The position numbers were made by a program, and so were the translations under genes. Shown piece by piece: positions 39,191-48,298 of a stretch of DNA of 64,000 nt. This DNA is from Nitrosopumilus sp. (GTDB lineage: Archaea; Thermoproteota; Nitrososphaeria; Nitrososphaerales; Nitrosopumilaceae), in the NCBI GenBank assembly GCA_965207075.1, contig CBDBLO010000002.1, positions 1,824,001 through 1,888,000 on the forward strand. The letters are read 5' to 3'. The notes beneath the pieces are model-generated. The model ran no database searches. It saw only the letters and a program-made list of their open reading frames with translations, and was not told where the DNA came from. Within the stretch, counting starts at the first letter, position 1. Every line of letters begins with the position of its first letter.

Positions 39191-39545
39191 GCGGCGGATT
39201 ATCAGGCCGTACCGCGCCAGGCAGGCATGGTGCAGCGAAAAAAACCCATGTGCAACTGCTGCTGCTGCTGCTGCACGGCGCCGTCCAGTCGTACCAGTCG
39301 GGTTCCCGTGTGCCCGCATGCAAACCCGTGAATCTCCCCGGCGCCGAGCGTCACGCAGGAAAGCACTTTCCGAGCCAGTGGCAGCGGCGGGGATGGAGCC
39401 GATCCCTCGTGAGGGCTCCAACGGACTGGGCGCCATTTTTGGGGGGCTCGTGCCGGCGGGGCGCGGTCCGGACCGGCGGGGAAAGGTCGGACGGCTCCGA
39501 CAAGGTCGATCGCTTTAAATTTGATCCAAAAGCCTACTCTACGAT

Positions 39546-40586
39546 TTGAAGAGGGAGTTCATTACCAAGAGGCTCAGGGGCGGGGCCAAGGCAGAGGACG
39601 GCGGCACGGAGAGCCCCCAGAGGATCCAGAAGATCGAGGGCAAGAAGCTGACATGGACGGATCTTGAGAACCCCGACAGGGAGCGCCTGGAAACGATCGT
39701 AAAGGAGTACGGCCTCAACGAGCTCAACGTGGAGGACTGCCTCACAAAGTTCGAGCTTCCAAAACTTGACAGTTACGAGGACCACTTTTTTGTCATACTG
39801 CACTTTCCGCCGCTGGCCCAGAAGGGCGGCATCCTCAGGAACAGCCAGCTCTCGATGTTCGTCGGCAAGGACTTCCTGATTACGGTCCATCAGGGGGACC
39901 TAAAACCGCTGACGGACCTGGTCAGGACCGCGAAGCAGGGGGGGCTTGACGCGTACAAGGGGGGCAGCCCGCTCAGCGGCCCCACCAGCATGCTGCTGCA
40001 CACCATAATCGACGAGCTGGTCGACGACCTGATGCACACGTCAAGAAAGATAATCGCCAACCTCGACGATCTCGAGGACAGGGTGTTTGATGAGAGCATG
40101 TCGGCCGCAAGGAGCATTGCCATGCTCAGGAGGGAGATCAACAGGCAGAGAAGAATTGCAAACCCGCTCAAGAGGTTCGTCCAGGAGATAGCAAAGTGCG
40201 TGCAAAAGTTCTCAGACGTAAGGGACGAGGACACGATGCTGCTGTACGACGACATAATCGACCACATAGACAAGGTGATAGAGACCCTGGAGGAGTCAAG
40301 GGAGACCATGGAGATCTACAAGGACACCAACTACGTGCTGAGCACCGAAAAGACAAACAAGGTGCTGAGTATGCTCACCATAATATTCACGCTCGCCATA
40401 CCGGCCACCGTGATAGGCACGTTCTATGGAATGAACGTGAGCCTCCCAGGCGGCATTGCGGGCGCGTCCGAGGCGGACTCCGCGCTGGGCGCGTTCACGC
40501 CGTTTGCAATACTGGTGCTGGCGTCGATCATACCGGCCATACTCATGATTGCGTATTTCAAGCGGCGCGGCTGGATGACCAACTAG
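39546..40586 (+). CDS. corA: Magnesium transporter CorA
   Basis: 'FYGMNV' signature, two C-terminal TMs; start uncertain. Confidence 0.93.
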   Translation: MKREFITKRLRGGAKAEDGGTESPQRIQKIEGKKLTWTDLENPDRERLETIVKEYGLNELNVEDCLTKFELPKLDSYEDHFFVILHFPPLAQKGGILRNSQLSMFVGKDFLITVHQGDLKPLTDLVRTAKQGGLDAYKGGSPLSGPTSMLLHTIIDELVDDLMHTSRKIIANLDDLEDRVFDESMSAARSIAMLRREINRQRRIANPLKRFVQEIAKCVQKFSDVRDEDTMLLYDDIIDHIDKVIETLEESRETMEIYKDTNYVLSTEKTNKVLSMLTIIFTLAIPATVIGTFYGMNVSLPGGIAGASEADSALGAFTPFAILVLASIIPAILMIAYFKRRGWMTN

Positions 40587-40654
40587 GCACGGCGGCGCAC
40601 GCGGCGGCAGCAGGTTCGTGCGTGGTTCCGGCGGGAGGGGAGGCAGGCGCGCGG

Positions 40655-41575
40655 CTACTGCGGACGCTCATGCAGCCCTACGCGCACCTTTGTAAGCGAC
40701 AGATCAAGCATGTCGGGCACGATTATCAGCAGTCCAGAGCCGTGCTCCACCCCGTGGCACGTCCCGGCAAAGCTGTTGTGGTTCGTGACGTGGCATCCGG
40801 GGCTCTCGTAGAACGCCGGAACCCCGCCGCGGCCCGACGAGGCGTGGGCTGCCGCGTCCTCGGCGGACCTGACAAAGTACGCGTCAAATCCGATGTCCGG
40901 ATCGTTTACCATTATTGCATAGTCGTATGTGGACTGCCCCGCCGTCCCGGACGCCACGCAGACAGGTATGATCTGCGCGTACCCGTCCCGCACCAGCTCG
41001 GACTGCTCGTCCGGGCCGTACGCCTCGTTTGGCGCGTTCGGGAACACCATCACGTACGGATCGCCCGTGCCGGCCTCGGCAAACGCGGGCTCCACGTGCC
41101 CGGCCCCTTCCCCGTCCGAGCCCCCGGCCTGCACGCCGCTTGCAGCCTCTGACCAGCTGCGCAGCGTATCTGCGGCATACCTGTACGGGATTGGGCGCCA
41201 CTGGGTCTCGCAACCGCTGAACTCGTGCCGGAGCTCCACGTAAGGCTTGGACTTTTGGTACTGGAGCTGGTTGCGGTTGTACGAGGTCAGCGACGAGATG
41301 TCATCAGGGTCCGTGGAGCCGGGCAGGTAGGCGGCCGCACCTGACTTGCCGCCTCCCTCAGCGGCGACGGCCGCGGGGCCGGACCACACGTTTGTGACGT
41401 CAAACAGTATGTTGCCCGGATGGCTCTCCCACCCCGGCTGCAGGTGCACGTACACTGAATACTTGTTTATCGCGCGGTCGTACGCGTACCCGAATAGCAC
41501 GTGCCCGTAAAAGGCGTTTGCCAATACCAGGCCCAGCACGACGGCGGGGATCACCACATACAGAATGCCCCTCAT
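40655..41575 (-). CDS. Membrane-anchored hypothetical protein
   Basis: N-terminal TM (MRGILYVVIPAVVLGLVLA); four Cys in the extracellular part. Confidence 0.72.
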   Translation of the reverse strand: MRGILYVVIPAVVLGLVLANAFYGHVLFGYAYDRAINKYSVYVHLQPGWESHPGNILFDVTNVWSGPAAVAAEGGGKSGAAAYLPGSTDPDDISSLTSYNRNQLQYQKSKPYVELRHEFSGCETQWRPIPYRYAADTLRSWSEAASGVQAGGSDGEGAGHVEPAFAEAGTGDPYVMVFPNAPNEAYGPDEQSELVRDGYAQIIPVCVASGTAGQSTYDYAIMVNDPDIGFDAYFVRSAEDAAAHASSGRGGVPAFYESPGCHVTNHNSFAGTCHGVEHGSGLLIIVPDMLDLSLTKVRVGLHERPQ

Positions 41576-41680
41576 GTACCTGTTATGCGGCCGCGCATAT
41601 ATCAAGCAGGTGCGGGCCCGCAAGCACGTAGATCATATGATCATGGAACATGATAAATACAAGCTAATTCAACTCGTGAC

Positions 41681-41935
41681 ATGGTCAAGATCAGAATCCG
41701 AACTGGCAGGGGTACAGGCACCATAGAGGTCGACAACAACCCCCAAAAGTGGACGGGTGAGGAGTTTAAGAAGATCCAGGCGGCGCGCAAGAGCGCAGCC
41801 GGAGAGAGGACGATCACGTCCGGCAGGGGAACCGGCTCCAGAAAGCTCAAGGACGTCCCAGAACCAAAGAACAGGCCAAAGTACAAGGGCAGCATGAGTG
41901 CCGGCAGGGGAACCAAGTCAAAGTCCTCAAAGTAG
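41681..41935 (+). CDS. Small basic protein with three GRGT motifs
   Basis: Lys/Arg-rich 84-aa ORF with TATA-like gataaata upstream. Confidence 0.7.
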   Translation: MVKIRIRTGRGTGTIEVDNNPQKWTGEEFKKIQAARKSAAGERTITSGRGTGSRKLKDVPEPKNRPKYKGSMSAGRGTKSKSSK

Positions 41936-42085
41936 CATTCGTGCAAACCACTTTTTCATTTTCTGCGGGCGGGCATGTCCGTACGTGCGCGTGCGGTCCA
42001 GGATTTTGCAAGCCGGACCATAGGCCACGCGTCCAAGCGGGGCGAGGCGCGTACGATGACGCGGCAAGACCGGGATTCCGCGACG

Positions 42086-42751
42086 TCAGGGCTGGGAGGA
42101 TGATCCCCGGCCGGTCAGCTTTGCCCAGTCTGCAAGAAAGTTGTCCAGCCCTATCTTCGTGAGCGGGTGGTGCAGCATCTTTTCAAGCACGGCCGGGGGC
42201 AGCGTCACGACATCGGCGCCCAGCATTGCGGCCTCCTTTACGTGCACGGGGTGGCGCACACTTGCCACCAGTATCTGGGTCTCAAAGCCGTAGTTCTGGA
42301 ATATCCCCACCAGGTCCTCGATCAGCTGCATGCCGTCGTGGCCCGTGTCGTCGATGCGCCCTATGAACGGGCTCACGTACCTGGCGCCCGCCTTGGCGGC
42401 CAGTATGGCCTGGTTCGTGGAGAACACCAGCGTGACGTTTACGGGAATGCCCTCAGACGACAGGCGGCGGCATGCGACCAGGCCGTCGGGGGTCATGGGC
42501 ACCTTCACCACCACGTTGTCGCCGTATTGGCGCAGCCTGCGCCCCTCCTCGACCATCGCGTCGCTGTCGGTGGCCACCACCTCCAGGCTGACGTCGCCCT
42601 TTATCACGTCGGATATCTCGGCCATTGCGCCGGCGGGATCGCCGCCGGCCTTTGCAAGCAGGGACGGGTTTGTCGTAATGCCGTCCACGAGCCCCATGTC
42701 GTTGTATTTTTTGATGAGCCTGATGTCGGCCGTGTCAAGAAATATCTTCAT
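42086..42751 (-). CDS. tal: Transaldolase (FSA/TalC type)
   Basis: 'IFLDTA', 'GITTNPSL', 'VVVKVPMT', 'YVSPFIGRIDD'. Confidence 0.95.
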   Translation of the reverse strand: MKIFLDTADIRLIKKYNDMGLVDGITTNPSLLAKAGGDPAGAMAEISDVIKGDVSLEVVATDSDAMVEEGRRLRQYGDNVVVKVPMTPDGLVACRRLSSEGIPVNVTLVFSTNQAILAAKAGARYVSPFIGRIDDTGHDGMQLIEDLVGIFQNYGFETQILVASVRHPVHVKEAAMLGADVVTLPPAVLEKMLHHPLTKIGLDNFLADWAKLTGRGSSSQP

Positions 42752-43764
42752 CTCTCAGGCAACCTCTCGAGCGCGCCTGCCTGCTGCGCCATATTAAACG
42801 GTGTGATCCCGTGCTTTTGCAGGAGGAGGGGCACCTCCGCGTCGCGGGCCGACTCGCCGAACGCGTCGAGCGCGCCGATGCGCTTTATCGGAACCGGGTA
42901 CGACTCGGACACGGACTCGGCCACTGCCGAGCCCATCCCACCTATGATGTTGTGCTCCTCGGCAGTGAGTATGCGGCCCGTCTGGCGCGCCGCCTTTTCA
43001 AGCGCGCGCCCGTCTACCGGCTTTACCGAGAACATGTCAAGTACGCGGCAGGACATCTGTTTCTCGCGCCGCAGCAGGTCGGCGGCCTCGAGCGCCATGC
43101 TGACTGTAATGCCGCAGGCGGCTATCGTGCAGTCCGAGCCGTCGCGCAGGACGTTTGCGCGCCCCGCCTCAAATCGTTTGTCGGCGCCGCCGTCGTTATC
43201 ATCATCATCATCATCATCATATACAAGCGGCGTCTTTGAGCGGGCCATCCTCATGTAGAACGGGCCGTATTCTGCGGCCATCATGCGCGTCAGGGCCGAG
43301 ACTGCCACTGTGTCGGCGGGGATCATGACCCGGAAGTTTGGGATCGTCCTCATTATCGAGATGTCCTCAAGCTGCTGGTGCGACCCGCCGTCGGGGCCCA
43401 CCGAGAGGCCGCCGTGAGAGGCCACCAGCTTTACGTTGAGCCCGCCGCGGCCGCCGGGCGACGGGTACGCCACGTTGTTGCGAATCTGGTCCACCGCGCG
43501 CCCCGGCAGGAATATGGCGTACGTGCTTGCAAACACGGTCTTGCCAGACGCGGCAAGCCCCGCCGAGATCGTGACGAGGTTGCCCTCCGCGATCCCGACG
43601 TTGAAGAAACGGTCGGGAAACTCCCTGCCGAACTTGGAGGTCTTCAGGGAGTCCGTCGTGTCGGCCCCCATCACCACGACGTCCGGGTTGCCCCTGCCCT
43701 CGCGTACCAGGGCCTCGGCGTACGCTGTGCGCATGTCAGTCAGGACGGGCTGCTCATCTGGCAA
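42748..43764 (-). CDS. Transketolase C-terminal subunit
   Basis: 'FFNVGIAE', 'GPDGGSHQ', 'EEHNIIGGMG'. Confidence 0.94.
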   Translation of the reverse strand: MPDEQPVLTDMRTAYAEALVREGRGNPDVVVMGADTTDSLKTSKFGREFPDRFFNVGIAEGNLVTISAGLAASGKTVFASTYAIFLPGRAVDQIRNNVAYPSPGGRGGLNVKLVASHGGLSVGPDGGSHQQLEDISIMRTIPNFRVMIPADTVAVSALTRMMAAEYGPFYMRMARSKTPLVYDDDDDDDNDGGADKRFEAGRANVLRDGSDCTIAACGITVSMALEAADLLRREKQMSCRVLDMFSVKPVDGRALEKAARQTGRILTAEEHNIIGGMGSAVAESVSESYPVPIKRIGALDAFGESARDAEVPLLLQKHGITPFNMAQQAGALERLPER

Positions 43765-45430
43765 CGTAACCCGCCTCCTGCGCGATTGTCCTGACCTCGG
43801 CCGGCCTGGCGCCCACCACGTGCAGGTCTATCCAGCGCTCCACGAGGTCGCTGCCCCCGAGGCTGTCGGCCAGGTCAAGCAGCATCCTCCGCCTCGCGGT
43901 CGCGACCGCCTGCCTGAACCCGCGTATGGACGCGCGCACGTCCGGGGTCGACACGATGGCGCCGCCGCCCACAAAGGCGCGGGCGCCATCGGCAAACACC
44001 GACGCCACGTTCTCAAGGTTCACGCCCCCGTCGGCCTCCACGTACCCGGCAAAGCCGTTGTCCGCGAGCACGGGCATGAGCCGCGCCATCTTCTGGTGGG
44101 TCGACTCGATGTACTTTTGGCCCGACCTGCCGGGCACCACCGACATCACTATGATCTGGTCTATCCCGGGAAGGAACCCAAGCGACCACTCCGGAAGCTC
44201 CGTGTCCGGGTTGATTGCAAGGCCCACGCCCACACCGTTCTCGCGCAGCATGTCTGATATCTCGCCGAACGTGTCGGCGTCCGTGACCTCTGCGTGCACC
44301 GTAACTATGTCGCTGCCGGCGTCCACGTACTGGCGCACGTGCCTGTGTGGCTCCTCTATCATGAGGTGCGTGTCAAACGGGATCAGCGTGAGCGGCCTCA
44401 GCTCCCTTACCTTTTCGTGCAGGAACGTCCTGTTCGGGACGAACCTGCCGTCCATCACGTCGAGGTGGATGTAGTCGGCCCTGCCCTCGGCGCACCGGAC
44501 TACCTCGGCGGCCAGGTCTGTCATGTCGCCGGCTATTATCGACGGCGCTATTATCGACTGGGACTCCAGCTCCGCGTTGATTATCGGCACCATGTCCCCT
44601 GCGGGCGCCTTGCCGTGCCACTGGGGGTTGTCCTCCATGTGCTCGACGGACTTGCCCTTTATGGTGCGCGATATGATTATGGTCGGAGCTCCCCCGTGCG
44701 CCCGGGCCCTCTTTATGGCGTCGTCAATCTGTTCTATGCGGTGTCCGTCAATCTCGATCACGTTCCACCCGAACGCGCGCCACTTGTCGCCCGTCCTCCA
44801 CCTGTCCTGGTCGAGCCACATTGTAGATATCTCCTCGGCGTCCCCCAGCCGGGAATCAAGCGGCATGACGCGCTCCGTGTACGAGTCCTGCTGGATAAAG
44901 TTGCGGTCGAGGAACACGGTCAGGTTGTCCACCCCGTACTTGGAGGCGGCCATGGCGGCCTCCCATATCTGGCCCTCGTCGGACTCGCCGTCCCCGATCA
45001 CCGTGTATACGCGGCAGGGCCTGGAATCAAGGCGGGCCGCAAGCGCGACCCCCACAGAATACGAGAGCCCGGTCCCAAGCGAGCCGCCGCAGAACTCGAC
45101 GCCGGGGCACTTTAGGTCGGGATGGCCCTGGAGCCTGCTTCCAAACGCCCTGAGCGTGTCAATCTCGGACTCTGCAAAGTACCCGGCCACTGCCATGTTC
45201 GAGAACAGCCCCGGCGCCGCGTGCCCCTTTGAGAGGACGAGCCGGTCCCTGTCCTCCCACTGCGGGTTGCGCGGATCGTACCGCATGTGCTTGTAGAACA
45301 GGCAGCCCAGTATCTCGGCCATGGAGAACGAGCCGCCGGGGTGCCCGGAGCCGGCGGCCGCGGTGCCGCGTATGACAAGCTTGCGGGCCCGCAGCACCTT
45401 TGAACGAATCGTACAGTAATCCAGCCCCAT
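43754..45430 (-). CDS. Transketolase N-terminal subunit fused to ribulose-phosphate 3-epimerase
   Basis: 'SGHPGGS', 'LSKGHA', TPP motif 'GDGESDEG', followed in frame by Rpe motifs 'IAPSI', 'HLDVMDGRFVPN', 'DTHLMI', 'MSVVPG', 'DGGVN'. Confidence 0.92.
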   Translation of the reverse strand: MGLDYCTIRSKVLRARKLVIRGTAAAGSGHPGGSFSMAEILGCLFYKHMRYDPRNPQWEDRDRLVLSKGHAAPGLFSNMAVAGYFAESEIDTLRAFGSRLQGHPDLKCPGVEFCGGSLGTGLSYSVGVALAARLDSRPCRVYTVIGDGESDEGQIWEAAMAASKYGVDNLTVFLDRNFIQQDSYTERVMPLDSRLGDAEEISTMWLDQDRWRTGDKWRAFGWNVIEIDGHRIEQIDDAIKRARAHGGAPTIIISRTIKGKSVEHMEDNPQWHGKAPAGDMVPIINAELESQSIIAPSIIAGDMTDLAAEVVRCAEGRADYIHLDVMDGRFVPNRTFLHEKVRELRPLTLIPFDTHLMIEEPHRHVRQYVDAGSDIVTVHAEVTDADTFGEISDMLRENGVGVGLAINPDTELPEWSLGFLPGIDQIIVMSVVPGRSGQKYIESTHQKMARLMPVLADNGFAGYVEADGGVNLENVASVFADGARAFVGGGAIVSTPDVRASIRGFRQAVATARRRMLLDLADSLGGSDLVERWIDLHVVGARPAEVRTIAQEAGYVAR

Positions 45431-45651
45431 GCAGTCACTCACGCCCCAAATTGAATAAAAATCTACTCGAGTCAGAAAACGACAGGACGCGGCCGGCATG
45501 CACCGCGACTGCGTCAGAAGGGTTGCCGGGGCACAGTCATTGTGATCGCCGTGCCGTCACCGGCAGTCGTCACAGCAGGTCCAAACCCGCGGCGCGACGC
45601 GGGCGGCGGCACATGCTCCAAATAAAACAGGCCTGCCACGGCGCCCACAAC

Positions 45652-46785
45652 ATGTCACGGACATCGTCGGGCATGGACAACCACATCAGGGTTACCACCT
45701 TTTTCCAGCACGCCGGGATATCGGCGGTGCTGATGTTCATGCCGGTGATAGCAAGCGGCGTGACCGACGCGATATTTGAGATCGGCATCATAGTGGCGTC
45801 GTTCAGCATGGCGCAGATAGTCTCCGAGGTGTACTTTGGGCGGCTGTCTGACAAACGGGGCCACCGCCTCCTGTTCATAAGGGCCGGGTTGGCCGCGTGC
45901 GCCATAGTGCACGCCCTGCACTATTTTGCAGACGACGCGCACATGCTGCTGCTTGCAAGGATCGCGGCGGGGGTGGCCACCGGCGTGATGATCCCGCCCC
46001 TGCTCGCGTATGCGTACGAGGCGGGCCGGCACAAGAAGAAGGTGGCGTCAGTCGTGTCGTTCCACGCCCTGGGATGGCTTGCCGGCATAGTGGCCGCCGG
46101 CATTGCAAACGACACGGACCTGATATTCCTTGCCAGCGCGGGCCTGTTTGCGGCGGGGCTTGCAAGCTCCGCAAGGCTGTCCGATACGAGGCCGCCGAAG
46201 GAGACGGCGCCCGGCACCACCAAGCGGGTCATAAAGAACAACAGGTTCCTGTTCCTCGCGCTGCTCATGAGGCACGTGGGGGCCGTCGCGGCCTGGACCG
46301 TCCTGCCCCTGATGCTGACCGAGTCCATGGGCGCCGAGCTCTGGCAGGTCTCCGTGGTATACGTGGCAAACACGGCGACGGCGTTCGTGGTGATGAACCT
46401 GATGGCGTTCCGCATACACATCTCAAACGTGACAAAGTTCAAGGTCGGGATAGGGATGACCGCGTTCGTGTTTGTGGGACTGGCTATGATCGAACAGTGG
46501 TGGCAGGCCATGCCGTTCATGGCCCTGGTGGGGTTCACGTGGGCGTTCCTGTACGTGGGGGGCAGCTTCCACCTCATGGACAACAACCCCAAGTCCACCA
46601 GCACCGGCATCTTCAGCAGCACGATATCAATCGCGGCCGTGATCGGTCCCGTTGCGGCAGGCGCCATAGCGCTCGCATACGGGTACGTGGCCGTGATGTA
46701 CTTTGCCATCATTGCAATAGTGGCCGGGTTTGCAATGGCGGTGAGGATACCCAACGCGGACAGCGCGACATTGCCGGCAGAATAG
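45652..46785 (+). CDS. MFS transporter
   Basis: Motif A 'GRLSDKRGHR', about 12 TMs. Confidence 0.9.
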   Translation: MSRTSSGMDNHIRVTTFFQHAGISAVLMFMPVIASGVTDAIFEIGIIVASFSMAQIVSEVYFGRLSDKRGHRLLFIRAGLAACAIVHALHYFADDAHMLLLARIAAGVATGVMIPPLLAYAYEAGRHKKKVASVVSFHALGWLAGIVAAGIANDTDLIFLASAGLFAAGLASSARLSDTRPPKETAPGTTKRVIKNNRFLFLALLMRHVGAVAAWTVLPLMLTESMGAELWQVSVVYVANTATAFVVMNLMAFRIHISNVTKFKVGIGMTAFVFVGLAMIEQWWQAMPFMALVGFTWAFLYVGGSFHLMDNNPKSTSTGIFSSTISIAAVIGPVAAGAIALAYGYVAVMYFAIIAIVAGFAMAVRIPNADSATLPAE

Positions 46786-46981
46786 CGGCGCAGGAGGCTA
46801 CGCGCGCAACAAGCGTGCCGCGCAGAGTCAGCGGCCGCGCATGCCATGCAGCTTACAGGGCGCACGCCGCAGGGCGCAGGGGCAGGCCCCGGGAATCGTC
46901 ACTGGCAGGCCCCGGGCACGATCCGCGCAAAGACCCGCCGCAACCGATTACCATTAAATAACTACCGCAGAGCCCCACGGC

Positions 46982-47293
46982 ATGGACAGGCGCAAGGGGA
47001 CCGGCATCATGATATTTTCGCTGTCAATTGCCGGGTTCTTCGTATACGCGTACCTGCTGATGCTCTCAGAGTGGAGCCCCATAATACAGCAGCTCTCCAT
47101 GCTGATGATAGTCGGGGGCATACTGGGGGTGATAGCGTGGATAGGGTACGTGACGGCGACGACCCGCGCCACGTCGGCCACGATAACCTCCTACGATGAC
47201 GCGGGTGACGTGGGCGGAGACGGCGGCAATGATGGCGGCGGCGGCGGTGACAAAAGCGAAGACGGAAGCGGCAACGGCGGCAGCGCCCCCTAG
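46982..47293 (+). CDS. Small two-TM membrane protein with G/D-rich tail
   Basis: Two hydrophobic helices, 'AWIGY' motif; TATA-like ttaaata at ~46954. Confidence 0.75.
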   Translation: MDRRKGTGIMIFSLSIAGFFVYAYLLMLSEWSPIIQQLSMLMIVGGILGVIAWIGYVTATTRATSATITSYDDAGDVGGDGGNDGGGGGDKSEDGSGNGGSAP

Positions 47294-48165
47294 CCCTTGC
47301 GTATCACCGCGTCCACCACGGTCTGGTAATACCGCGGCCCCACGGCCCTGACTATCCTCGAGCCCAGTATCTCAGAGCGCACGGGCGCCACGTCCAGATA
47401 GTGCCGCTCGGAGAGCGCGGCCGCGTCCCCCTTGGAGTCCGAGTGTACGTGCGAGTAGTAGTGTATGACGCCGCCGTCGGCAGTGGCCCGGACCGCCGAG
47501 CCCAGAAACTCGTCGGACCTCTCAGGCAGCAGCATGAGCGTCCTGTCGCACGTGCCGTCGAACCGGTCCCGAACCACCTGCGAGGCCTCGCCGCATATCG
47601 GGATCACGCGGCCGGCCATCTTGCGCCCCCTCTTCCTGTTCTTGCGCCCGTAGTGCTCGTTCAGCTCCACATTCCTCTCGCACAGCTTGGACGCGACGGG
47701 GTTCGAGTCCACGCTGTATACGGTGCACGCCGTGTTCATGGCTGCAATCACGGAGAACATGCCGATGCCGCCGAACATGTTCAGGACGGACTCGCCGTCC
47801 CGCACGAGCGAGGCTATGCGCTCCCTCTCGTGCGAGAGCCGGGGCGAGAAGAACGCGCCCTCCACGTCCACCACGAACCGGCAGCCGGACTCCCTGTACG
47901 TGGTGGTGGTGTCGTCTATCCCCGCTATGAGCTCCAGCTTGCGCGTGCGGTACTCGCCGTCGACTGCAGACGCCTGACAGAACACGCTCCTTACGATCTT
48001 TATCTCGTCGAGCAGCGCCCTGCCGATCTCAAACCTCCTCTCAAGCAGCGTATCCGGTATGCGCACCACGACTATCTCCCCTATCTGGTCGAACGCGGAC
48101 ACGAACTCGGCCGCCTCCGACTCAGTCAGGACGTCCTCCAGCGCTCGCTTCAGCATGCGGGTCAT
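47290..48165 (-). CDS. Trm5/Tyw2-family SAM-dependent tRNA-modifying transferase
   Basis: 'FFSPRLSHERER', 'NMFGGIG.F', 'DSNP'. Confidence 0.88.
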   Translation of the reverse strand: MTRMLKRALEDVLTESEAAEFVSAFDQIGEIVVVRIPDTLLERRFEIGRALLDEIKIVRSVFCQASAVDGEYRTRKLELIAGIDDTTTTYRESGCRFVVDVEGAFFSPRLSHERERIASLVRDGESVLNMFGGIGMFSVIAAMNTACTVYSVDSNPVASKLCERNVELNEHYGRKNRKRGRKMAGRVIPICGEASQVVRDRFDGTCDRTLMLLPERSDEFLGSAVRATADGGVIHYYSHVHSDSKGDAAALSERHYLDVAPVRSEILGSRIVRAVGPRYYQTVVDAVIRKG

Positions 48166-48230
48166 GGTGCGTCACGGGACGGTGGCCGCCGGGCGCAATA
48201 TGGACGAACCGGCGCGTGCGCGGGGCGGCG

Positions 48231-48258
48231 GTGGTTGTGGTTGTGGTTGTGGTTGTGG
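48231..48258. repeat. (GGTTGT)4 microsatellite
   Basis: Direct reading; intergenic. Confidence 0.85.
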
Positions 48259-48298
48259 GGGAGGTGGGACGGCCGCCCCGCGGCCTGCGCGGGCCGCG

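Noticed and set aside
38640-39436. ORFs 38657-39436, 38514-38999 and similar
   Set aside because: Arg/Ala/Pro-rich with no motifs; look like non-coding GC-rich sequence
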